A DNA stretch of 64,000 nt from an uncultured Holophagales bacterium (GTDB lineage: Bacteria > Acidobacteriota > Thermoanaerobaculia > Multivoradales > UBA5704), in NCBI GenBank assembly GCA_963842525.1, contig CAWJGT010000009.1, forward strand, positions 1,184,001-1,248,000. Direction: 5' to 3'. A program made the translations under genes and the position numbers. This document shows positions 1 to 9,200 of the stretch, one piece after another. Position 1 is the stretch's first letter, and every line of letters begins with the position of its first letter. The notes below the pieces were generated by a model. It searched no databases. It worked only from the letters and a program-made list of their open reading frames with translations, and was not told the origin of the DNA.

Positions 1-1
1 G

Positions 2-1381
2 TGCACCTTCTGCAGCGAGTGGGTGCTCTGGAAGCGGATGCGCCTGGGGAACATGCACCACGTGGCCGACGGCTTCGAGGAGCTTTCCCGCCGCTACAAC
101 GCCGAGCGGATCTGGTTCATGGACTCTCTCCTGAACGCCAAGCTGGAGCCTCTCAAGGAATTTGCGGAAGAGATCCTGCGCCGCGGCCTCAACGTCAAGT
201 GGGGAGGGTTCATGCGCGCCTTGATGGATACCGAGACCGCCGCCCTGCTGAAGCGGGCCGGCTGCGATTTCGTGTTCATCGGCGTCGAGTCGCTCGCGGA
301 CGAGACCCTGCGGTTGATGAACAAGAGGCGGACCGAAGCGGACAACGTCAAGGCCCTGCGGGCGTTCCTGGGCGCGGGGCTGCGGCACGTCGTGGCCGGC
401 TTCATTCCAGGCTTCCCCGGCGACACCCGGGAGCGCTTCCTCAAGACGGCGCTGGTGCTCAGTGACATCCGGCGGGACTATCCCGATACCTTCCGCGTCA
501 ACGTCGAGCCATTTGTGATCTCCCCCGGGCAGCCGATCTATTGGCAGCTTGCGGACAGCGGCCTCGCGGCGCACAAGTGGGACGAGCCCTACCTGGACAT
601 CGCGCCGCGGTTCCGGGACCTGACGGACGACATCGGCTGCCACATCACCGGGCCGAACCAGGGGATCGACCGGCTGGGCGAGTTCCAGATCGCCCGCACG
701 GTCACCGCCACCAACAAGAGGCACGCCGATCCGTTCCTGTACACCGACGGGGATCCCTGGTCGACAGCGAGCCTTCAGATCGTCGAGATCAGGAAGGGGA
801 TCTATCTCGGACGTGCGAAGAGCCCCGCGGGCCTTTCACACGGGCTCATCCTTACGGACGAGGAGAAGGAGGAATACGAGGGCTCGACCGAGCTCCTGAC
901 GCTCAACCTCTCGGACGACGAGGGCAGTACGGAGGCCTTTTTCGACCCTGAGGCGCAGGAGAGCTTCCTGCGGAAGATCGAAGCCCGCCACCTCGTCTAC
1001 CCGAGCCGGACGGAGCCGCGGGTCCAGCGGGGCTTCTATCTGAACAATCTCGGCACCGGCAGCGAGGTGAGCCTGTCCCCGTACACGGCCGCCCGCCCGA
1101 TTTTCCAGGACGGCACGGAGGGCATTCTGGCGGTGAGCGTCGTGACGATGAAGCAGATGTTCATCCCCCTGGAAGCGGGCGCTCTTCTTTCCGCATTGAG
1201 CCTCGGGCCGAGCCAGGTGCAGGACCTCGAGGCGATCGAGCCGCACGCCGGGCTCCTGGAGGAGCTCAAGGAGAACGGGATCCTGACGATCACCAACCCT
1301 GGCGATGATTCCGGTGCCGGATCCGCCGTCCTCGCCGTCGAGGCGAAGGACGCCCTGGCGCCCGACCTGCGCCGGGCCTGA
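2..1381 (+). CDS. Radical SAM enzyme, probably B12-binding class, 5'-truncated by the window edge
   Basis: Frame +2 opens with C-T-F-C (tail of CxxxCxxC), then IWFMDS and FIGVES...LRLMNK, typical of B12-dependent radical SAM proteins. Long C-terminal extension. Confidence 0.8.
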   Translation, partial: CTFCSEWVLWKRMRLGNMHHVADGFEELSRRYNAERIWFMDSLLNAKLEPLKEFAEEILRRGLNVKWGGFMRALMDTETAALLKRAGCDFVFIGVESLADETLRLMNKRRTEADNVKALRAFLGAGLRHVVAGFIPGFPGDTRERFLKTALVLSDIRRDYPDTFRVNVEPFVISPGQPIYWQLADSGLAAHKWDEPYLDIAPRFRDLTDDIGCHITGPNQGIDRLGEFQIARTVTATNKRHADPFLYTDGDPWSTASLQIVEIRKGIYLGRAKSPAGLSHGLILTDEEKEEYEGSTELLTLNLSDDEGSTEAFFDPEAQESFLRKIEARHLVYPSRTEPRVQRGFYLNNLGTGSEVSLSPYTAARPIFQDGTEGILAVSVVTMKQMFIPLEAGALLSALSLGPSQVQDLEAIEPHAGLLEELKENGILTITNPGDDSGAGSAVLAVEAKDALAPDLRRA

Positions 1382-1498
1382 GCAACCGTCCCCGAGGTCT
1401 GTTTGCAGGGCCCTTCCCCGTTTCCGGTCCATCCCCTGAGGGTGTGGCCCCTGGAGACCGCCCTGGCGGTGGTCAATTTTTTCTACGGCCGCCTGGAA

Positions 1499-2320
1499 AT
1501 GGCTTCGATGGGCCTGACCTATCGCATCGCCCTCCTGCGGTGGTACCGGCCGCGGCCGGACGACGTGTTCGTCGTTTCGTTTCCCAAGTCGGGGACGACG
1601 CTCATGCAGATGATGCTCTACCAGATCACAACGGACGGGAGCATGGATTTCGACCGGTTCGATCGCGTCTCGCCGTGGTTCGAGATGGCGTTGGGCTGGC
1701 GCGACCCCTCGATCATCGAGACGATTCCGTCGCCGCGGATCTTCAAGAGCCATGAGCTCTCCAGGAAGCTGCCGCGGGGGAGCCGCTCCATCTATCTCGT
1801 CCGCGATCCGGCGGACGTCGCGGTCTCGGCCTTCCACCATCACAGCCCGGGGGCCGGCCTTGCCGGAGACCGCGCGCGATATCTTGATCACTTTCTCACG
1901 GACCCGTCGCAGTTTGACGCGTGGGCGCGTCACGTCGAATCGTGGTGGCCGCGCCGCCGCGACGAGGACGTCCTGTTCCTGAGCCACAACCAGGTGATCC
2001 GGGACCTCGAAGGCACGGTCCGCCGGGTCGCCGCCTTCTGCGGCTTCGCCCTCCGGGAAGATGAGATGCCGCGCATCCTGGAGAGGTGCAGCCTCATCTT
2101 CATGAAGAAGCATACCGGGAAGCTCGATCCCCGAGCGCGCGAGCTCGGCCCGCAGCGTGAAGAGTTCGTCAGGGAAGGCCGGGCTGGCGCGGGGGAAGAG
2201 GCGCTGAGCCCGGTCCAGAAAGAGAAGCTCGCCAGGAAGGTGGAGGCTCTGGCCCGCCGGCTCGGCTGCACCGCCGGCGAGCTGTATGCCGTCCTGCGCG
2301 GCGGTGCTCCGGCCGCTTGA
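1499..2320 (+). CDS. PAPS-dependent sulfotransferase
   Basis: SFPKSGTT (5'-PSB), IFKSH, YLVRDPADVAVS (3'-PB) and FVREGRAG motifs. The ORF could start upstream at 1403. Confidence 0.88.
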   Translation: MASMGLTYRIALLRWYRPRPDDVFVVSFPKSGTTLMQMMLYQITTDGSMDFDRFDRVSPWFEMALGWRDPSIIETIPSPRIFKSHELSRKLPRGSRSIYLVRDPADVAVSAFHHHSPGAGLAGDRARYLDHFLTDPSQFDAWARHVESWWPRRRDEDVLFLSHNQVIRDLEGTVRRVAAFCGFALREDEMPRILERCSLIFMKKHTGKLDPRARELGPQREEFVREGRAGAGEEALSPVQKEKLARKVEALARRLGCTAGELYAVLRGGAPAA

Positions 2321-2329
2321 GAGAGGTCC

Positions 2330-3091
2330 TCACTCGACCGGCTTGACGGCCACGACGAAAGTCCGGTTCGAGAAGTCGTGCAGGCCCAGGTCGCGGGCCC
2401 GGTCGTAGATCCGGACCTGGGTGAAGCCGGTGGCGGTGAGGGCGGATTCAAGCTCGGCGGCCGCGTAGAACTTTTCCCACGAGGTGGAATCCCAGCGACG
2501 CCAGAGCCCCTGCTCGCCTTCTTTCCTATAGAAGAGGGTCATCTCGTAGCGGCTCAGGTGCTGCTCGGCATCGAAGGCTTCCCGGGTCACCATCACGTAG
2601 TCCTCTTCGACCTGGGCGGCGAAGCTCTGCGGCTCGGGCTGGTAGAGCCCGGCCAGGAGGACGTCGAAGACGAAAAGACCGCCGGGGCGCAGGGAACGGT
2701 GGAGGTTCGCGAAGACGGCGCTCAGATCTTCCAGGCGCACGATGTGGTTCATGGAGTCCAGGGTCGAGAGCGCCCCGTCGAAGACCGCCGGCAGGTCGAA
2801 GCTGCGGGCATCCCCCACCAGGAAATGGCAGGACGGCGCGTTGCGGCGCGCCAGGTCGATCATCTCCTCGGAGATGTCGATTCCGGTCATGCGGAAACCG
2901 CGGGCGCTCAGGGCTTCGGTGATCTGCCCGCTGCCGCAGCAAAGGTCCAGGAGCTCCGCGCCCGGCGGCATGTGCCGGAGCAGCAGCTCTTCCAGGGGAG
3001 GGACGACCATGTCGACCAGCCGGGGTCCCCAGATGCGGTTGTAGATGGCGGCATACGGTCCGTAGGTGTCGCTCTCCAGGGATTCACGCAT
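2330..3091 (-). CDS. Class I SAM-dependent methyltransferase
   Basis: LLDLCCGSG motif I, GIDISEEMI, LRPGGLFVFD. GAGGAG RBS precedes ATG at 3091. Confidence 0.88.
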   Translation of the reverse strand: MRESLESDTYGPYAAIYNRIWGPRLVDMVVPPLEELLLRHMPPGAELLDLCCGSGQITEALSARGFRMTGIDISEEMIDLARRNAPSCHFLVGDARSFDLPAVFDGALSTLDSMNHIVRLEDLSAVFANLHRSLRPGGLFVFDVLLAGLYQPEPQSFAAQVEEDYVMVTREAFDAEQHLSRYEMTLFYRKEGEQGLWRRWDSTSWEKFYAAAELESALTATGFTQVRIYDRARDLGLHDFSNRTFVVAVKPVE

Positions 3092-3285
3092 ACGAAGTCG
3101 TCTCCTCAGGAATAAAAGGTATGAATCCACTCTTCGAAAGAGTTTGCTTCACAAATCGAATCGGGAAGTCGAAGAGCAATAGGCAACTTTTCTCACGGAT
3201 TGCCCGTATACACCGCGCAGGTGTTTACGGAGCGGGGTCTATCAAGGTTGCAGGCCCGGGCAACCTTTACAGGGGGTGTGTCGCG

Positions 3286-5088
3286 ATGAATGTTTTGGGT
3301 ATCAATGCAGCGTATCACGAGTCTTCTGCGTGCCTGGTGAACAAAGGCAGGATTATCGCAGCGGTTGAGGAAGAACGGTTGAACCGCATCAAGCACGCGA
3401 AGCCGTCGCGGGTCGACAACCCGGGAGTTCTGCCTCTGCGGGCGATCGAGCACTGCCTGCGGGAGGGCGGCCGGGAGCACGGGACGCCTCTCGCGCTGGC
3501 CGATCTCGACCACATCGGGTATTCCCTCGATCCGGTGGAGCGGCTGAAGCGCAACAGCAGCCACCAGCATCCCTATCCGGTCGTCGCGGGCAGCTTCGGA
3601 AGCCCCGAAGGGGAAAGGCTTTTCCACGAGCGGAGCCGCGCGGTCGAGGAGCATCTGCGCGGGTTGGGGTTCCGCGGTTCCTTCCACTATCTGGACCACC
3701 ACGACTGCCACGCGGCGAGCACCTTTTTCGTCTCGCCCTTCGAGGAGGCGGCGGTCCTGGTGGTGGACGGTATCGGCGAATGGGAGTCCACGACCTCCTA
3801 CCGCGGAACGGGCAACCGTCTGGAGCGGCTCGACAGTATCGGGTTTCCTCATTCCATCGGCCTGCTGTGGGAAAAGGTTTCTAAATTCCTGGGATTCAGC
3901 GAATACGACGCCTGCAAGGTCATGGGGCTCGCCTCCTACAGCTCGCCGGAGCGCTACCTGGAGAGCTTCCGCCGGCTGCTCCACGTCAACGGCAACGGCA
4001 GCTTCCACGTCGACGACAGCATCGTCCGCCTGCGCAACGAGGACTACTCCGGGCTGGAGGAGCTTTTCGGGCTCGGGCGCCGGTCGCGGCCCATCGAGGT
4101 GGCCGAGAACGGTACCCGGCCCTATGTGGAGGTCGCCGCCGCCCTGCAGCGGGTGACGGAGGAGGCGATGCTGGCGGTGTCCCGCGATCTGAAGCGGCAG
4201 ACCGGCGCCAATTACTTGTGCATGGCCGGCGGCGTGGCGCTCAACTGCGTGGCCAACGGCAAGCTGCTGGAGGAGGGCCTCTGGGAGGACATCTTCATCC
4301 AGCCCGCCGCCCACGATGCGGGCACGGCTCTGGGTGCGGCCTTCCTGATCTGGAACCAGATCCTGGGGCAGCCGCGCGGCGAGGTCTTCCGCAGCCCCTA
4401 CCTGGGGCCGAGCTTCTCGGACGCGGAAATCCAGGCGGCGTTGGACGCCCGCGGCCTCGTCTATGAGCGGCCCGAGCGGATCGAGGAGGCGACGGCGCGG
4501 CTCATCGCCGGCAACCAGGTCGTCGGCTGGTTTCAGGGTGCCATGGAGATCGGGCCGCGGGCCCTGGGCAACCGCAGCATCCTGGCCGACCCCCGGCGCG
4601 CAGACATGGTGAGCACCCTGAACGTCAAGGTGAAGCACCGCGAGCCCTTTCGTCCGTTCTGTCCCAGCGTCCTCGCCCACAAGGCCGGCGAGTGGTTCCA
4701 TCTCGACCGCGCGGACCGGCCGGCGCAGCCCGCGGGCTACATGCTCGCCGCCTACCACGTACGGGAGGAGCGGCGCAACGCGATTCCGGCGGTGACCCAT
4801 GTGGACGGCACCAGCCGGGTGCAGCTCGTCAGCCGCGAGAGCAACGAAGTCTTTTTCAATCTGATCTCGGAGCTCGATCGCCTGACCGGCGTGCCGATGG
4901 TGCTGAACACCTCGTTCAACAACGACGAGCCCATCGTCTGCACCCCGGAGGATGCGGTCAACACCTTCCTGGGCACCCGCATCGACGCCCTGGCCGCCGG
5001 CCCCTTCCTCGTGCGCAAGGCGGACAACGCCGTGGACGAGCGCATTCCCGATCTGCCGCTCACCACCTATTTCGAGAACCTGCGCTGA
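3286..5088 (+). CDS. Carbamoyltransferase (NodU/CmcH/TobZ family)
   Basis: LGINAAYHESSA, EEERLNRIKH, HHDCHAAS, VDGIGE, AGGVALNC, GPRALGNRS, KHREPFRPF and LNTSFN motifs. Confidence 0.93.
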   Translation: MNVLGINAAYHESSACLVNKGRIIAAVEEERLNRIKHAKPSRVDNPGVLPLRAIEHCLREGGREHGTPLALADLDHIGYSLDPVERLKRNSSHQHPYPVVAGSFGSPEGERLFHERSRAVEEHLRGLGFRGSFHYLDHHDCHAASTFFVSPFEEAAVLVVDGIGEWESTTSYRGTGNRLERLDSIGFPHSIGLLWEKVSKFLGFSEYDACKVMGLASYSSPERYLESFRRLLHVNGNGSFHVDDSIVRLRNEDYSGLEELFGLGRRSRPIEVAENGTRPYVEVAAALQRVTEEAMLAVSRDLKRQTGANYLCMAGGVALNCVANGKLLEEGLWEDIFIQPAAHDAGTALGAAFLIWNQILGQPRGEVFRSPYLGPSFSDAEIQAALDARGLVYERPERIEEATARLIAGNQVVGWFQGAMEIGPRALGNRSILADPRRADMVSTLNVKVKHREPFRPFCPSVLAHKAGEWFHLDRADRPAQPAGYMLAAYHVREERRNAIPAVTHVDGTSRVQLVSRESNEVFFNLISELDRLTGVPMVLNTSFNNDEPIVCTPEDAVNTFLGTRIDALAAGPFLVRKADNAVDERIPDLPLTTYFENLR

Positions 5089-5099
5089 GGGCCGGGCCG

Positions 5100-6287
5100 T
5101 TGCAGACCCCTATCGACGACGATCGCTGGCTGCGTGCCACGCCGGACCTCGTCCTCTACAGCGCGGCGGGACGAGTGATCCCACCCCGGGATTTCGCCGC
5201 GCACCACCTCGGCCGGCTCGACCCTCTGGAGGCCATGCTGGTCGCCGCGGAGCTGGAGGCTCTCGGCGCGGAGACGGCCTCCGCGTCGTCGCTCGGGCTC
5301 GACCGGCCGCTGCTGCGCACCGAGCGCTACGCCGACGGCGCGCGGCAGGTGCCGGCCCGGCGCGGCGGCGCACGCTCCGCCTACCTGCTCGCGGGGGAGG
5401 TCAAGATCAAGGCCTGCCGGCCCGAGGAGACGACGTTCCTGCAGTGGGAGCTCGACGAGGGCTTCGGCCTGCGCGTGGGGCAGATCCCCTTCGGGGTGCT
5501 CACTGCCGAGGGGGTGATGCGGGAGCTGCTGGCGTGCTGCTTCGAGCGCCGCCATGGGCTACCGTCCGCCGGCCGTCCGCTGGCGGTCTTCGAGTATTCC
5601 CCGGCGGCCCCGGAGGGCAACGGTGTCCTGGGGTACGCCCTGGCGAGCCACGTGCCGGGGGACGAGCGGGCGGAGCGCTTCCTCGACTGCGACGGCCGGA
5701 CGCTGCACGATGTGATCCGCCTGCACCGCCGGGGCCGTCTGGCGGGCGGCGAGGTGAAGCTCCAGGGCCTGTCGCGCGAGGATTTCGTGGCGGCGAAGGC
5801 GGACCTGCTCGCCACCTACAACTTCGGCGGTGGCTTCCGCGGGGTGCTCAACAGCAACATCGGCAACGACGTGATCCGCGACGGCCGGCTGCATGCGCTC
5901 TGCGACTTCGACACCTTCCGCTGCCTGCCGGTGCCGGCGGCCTCCGACCGCGAGGGCATCCGGCGTTTCACCCTCCGCGCCCACATCGAGCTGCTCAAGT
6001 CGAGCCTGCCGTTCGTCGACTATCTGGACGTGAACGGCGCGCCCGAGGCGGAGCTTCACCGGGCTCTGGAAGCCCGCTACCGCGAGCGCAGCACGATGTT
6101 CCACGTCTACTCGCTGCGCTTCCGGAAGCAGGCCGCGGGCCTCGGCTGGGACCTGGAATTGGTGGCGGCATCCGTCGACGAGGCGTTCGCCTTGCCGGTC
6201 TCTTTCGAGGTGCTGCAGGAGCTGATCCCGAACTCGTACAACGCCTGCAAAATCCAGCTCACCACCCACTACGTGCCCCACAACTGA
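5100..6287 (+). CDS. Hypothetical protein with SelO/MchC-like kinase-fold motifs
   Basis: Fills the gap between the carbamoyltransferase and the NRPS, with GAGG before a TTG start. Motifs ERY...GGARS...VKIKAC...VMRELL...GLP..RPLA and GFRGVLNSNIGN...LCDFD. Confidence 0.55.
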   Translation: MQTPIDDDRWLRATPDLVLYSAAGRVIPPRDFAAHHLGRLDPLEAMLVAAELEALGAETASASSLGLDRPLLRTERYADGARQVPARRGGARSAYLLAGEVKIKACRPEETTFLQWELDEGFGLRVGQIPFGVLTAEGVMRELLACCFERRHGLPSAGRPLAVFEYSPAAPEGNGVLGYALASHVPGDERAERFLDCDGRTLHDVIRLHRRGRLAGGEVKLQGLSREDFVAAKADLLATYNFGGGFRGVLNSNIGNDVIRDGRLHALCDFDTFRCLPVPAASDREGIRRFTLRAHIELLKSSLPFVDYLDVNGAPEAELHRALEARYRERSTMFHVYSLRFRKQAAGLGWDLELVAASVDEAFALPVSFEVLQELIPNSYNACKIQLTTHYVPHN

Positions 6288-6297
6288 GGGGAGCTGC

Positions 6298-9200
6298 ATG
6301 TTGGAGACGAGCCGTCTGGAAGCTGTTGTGACGCCCTGGCGCCGCCCGGTGCGGAGCCGGGCCGTGCACGAGCTGATCGCGTTGCGCGCTGCGCGCGAAC
6401 CCGCGGCGCTGGCCGTGGCCTGCGGCGCGGAGAGCCTCACGTACGGTGCGCTGCGGCGTGGCGCCAGGCGGCTGGCCGGCCGGCTGAGAGCGCTGGGAGT
6501 CGGGCCCGAGGTGCCGGTGGGGCTCTACGTGGACCGCTCTCCCGCGGCCGTGGTGGGACTCCTGGGCATCCTGGAGGCCGGCGGCGTCTATGTCCCTCTG
6601 GACACTGCGCATCCCCCGGACCGGCTCGCCTTCCTCCTCGATGACGCCCGCCTCTCCGTGATCGTCACCCGGCGCGACTTGGCCGGCTCGCTGCCACCGT
6701 GCCGTGCCGCCCGCGTGGAGTTGGAGGAGCTGGCGGCCGAGGAGGGCCTGGAAGGTGAGGACCCGGATGGGGCTGACGATGCGGTGCCGGACACCCTGCT
6801 CGACAGCCTGGCCTACGTCATCTACACCTCGGGCTCGACGGGGAGGCCCAAGGGGACGGGCGTTTCGCACCGTGCCCTGGCCCGCCACTGCCTGCATCTC
6901 GCGCGGCGCTGGAGGCTCACCCCCGCGGACCGGGTGCTCCAGTTCTACGGCCTGAGCTTCGACCTGTCCATCGAGCAGATGCTTTCTCCGCTGGTGGCTG
7001 GCGCCGCGGTGATGCTGCGTGGCCCCGAGGGGTGGAGCGCGGGCGAATTCGCCGCGCGGGTCCGCGAGCTGGGGCTGACCATGGCGAGCCTGCCACCCGC
7101 GTACTTCGCCGAGGTCGCCCGCGAATGGGCCGGGCGGACGGAGCGCGGGCCGGGCGACCGGCTGCGGCTGGTGACCAGCGGCGGCGAGCGGATGGAGCCC
7201 GGTCGCGTGGCGCTCTGGCGGCGTGGCCCCTGGAGCGCGCTGCCGCTGGTCAACGCCTACGGCCCGACCGAGGCGACCATCACGGCCACTTTCTACCAAA
7301 TCCCCGCGAGCACCGGCGAGAGCGGACGGGTGCCCATCGGCCGGCCGCTCCCTGGGCGCCTCGCGCGGCTCCTGGACGGAGACGGCGGGGAAGCGGCGCC
7401 TGGCGAGGCGGGGGAAGCTCTGCCTGGGCGGCCTGGGGGTGGCGCGTGGCTACCTGGGACGGCCGGAGCGGACTGCCGAGAGCTTCGTCCCTGATCCCTT
7501 CTCGCTTCGGCCTGGCGCGCGGCTCTACCGCACCGGAGACCTGGCGCGGCGGCTGTCCGGAGGCGATCTCGACTTCCTGGGCCGCATCGACGACCAAGTC
7601 AAGATCCGCGGGTTTCGCGTCGAGCCGGGGGAGATCGAGACGGCGCTGCGGGCCCACCCCGGGGTGGGGGACGCGGCCGTGATCGCACGCGAGGATCGCC
7701 CCGGAGAGCGGCGGCTGATCGCCTATGTGGCCCCGGGCCGCTGCGGTCGCGCCCGGAGCGCGGGAGCTACGCCGGCATCTGGCTTCACGCCTCCCCGCCT
7801 ACATGGTGCCCTCGGCCTTCGTGACCCTGGCCGAGCTGCCGCGGACGCCGGGCGGCAAGCTGGACCGCCGGGCGCTGCCGGCGCCCGGCCGGCAGCGCCC
7901 CGAGATCGCCGCGCCGTACGCCGCGCCGCGCCGACCGCTGGAGGAGCGGCTGGCCGCGATGTGGGCCGAGCTGTTCGAGATCGAGCGCGTGGGCATCGAG
8001 GACCCGTTCGTGGAGCTGGGCGGCCATTCGCTGCTGGCCCTCCAGCTCGCCTCGCGGGTGCGCGACGCCTTGGGAGTGGAGCTGCCGCTGCACAATCCCT
8101 TCGCGGTGCCTACCATCGCCGAGCTGGCGCGGGCGATCGAGGAGAGGACCGCAGCCGGCGTTTCCGGTAGCCTGGCGCTGCGGCCCGCCCCTGTGCCGCG
8201 CGGCGGCGAAGCTCTACCCCTGACCTCGTCCCAGGAGCGGGTCTGGTTCCTCCACCGCATGGCGCCGGAGAGCCGGGCCTATCAGACCCAGTTCACCGTC
8301 CGCTGCCGCGGCGCTCTGGAGGTGCCGGCGCTGACCGGCGCGCTGGCGGAGATCGTGCGCCGGCACGAGATCTTCCGCACCACCTTCCCGGAGGCCGGAG
8401 GCCGGCCCGTGCAGGAGATCCATCCCACGGGTCCGTCCGCTCTGCCGTTGGCCGACCTGTCGCGGCTGCCGGAGCCCGTGCGGGAGGCCGAGGCCCGGCG
8501 GCTGGTGAGCGACGGCTTGCAGGAGCCCTTCGACCTGGAGCGGCTCCCTCTGGTCCGTTGGTCCCTGCTGCGCCTGGGCGCGGAGGACCACCTGCTGGCC
8601 GTGGTCGAGCACCACCTGGTGCATGACGGCTGGTCGAACAACCTGCTCCTGGGCGAAATGGTCGCGCTCTATCGCGCGGCAATGGCCGGCCTGCCGTCGC
8701 CGCTGCCCGAGCCGTCGCTCCAGCTCGCCGACTACGCGGTCTGGCAGCGGCGGTGGCTGGAGACGGACGCGGCGGCGGAGCAGCTCGCGTACTGGCAGCG
8801 CACTCTGGCCGGATGCCGTCCCCTGGAGCTGCCGGCAGACCGCCCGCGGCCGGCGGCGCCGTCCTACCGCGGCGGGGCGCCGCGCTTCGACCTGCCGGCG
8901 CCGCTCTGCCGGGAGCTGCGCGCCGTGGCACGGCGCCGGGAGGCGACCCTGTTCGCCGCCATGCTGGCGGCCTTCCAGGCGCTGCTCCACCGCTACACCG
9001 GCGACGTGGATCTGTGCGTTGGCTCGGGCGTGGCCAATCGGTCCCTGCGGGAGACCGAGGGGCTGATCGGCATGATCGTCAATAACGCGGTGCTGCGCAC
9101 CGACCTGTCGGGGGATCCGGCCTTCGAGGAGCTGCTGGGACGGGCCATGGCCGTGGCGGTCGGCGCCTATGCGCATCAGGATCTGCCGTTCGACCGGGTG

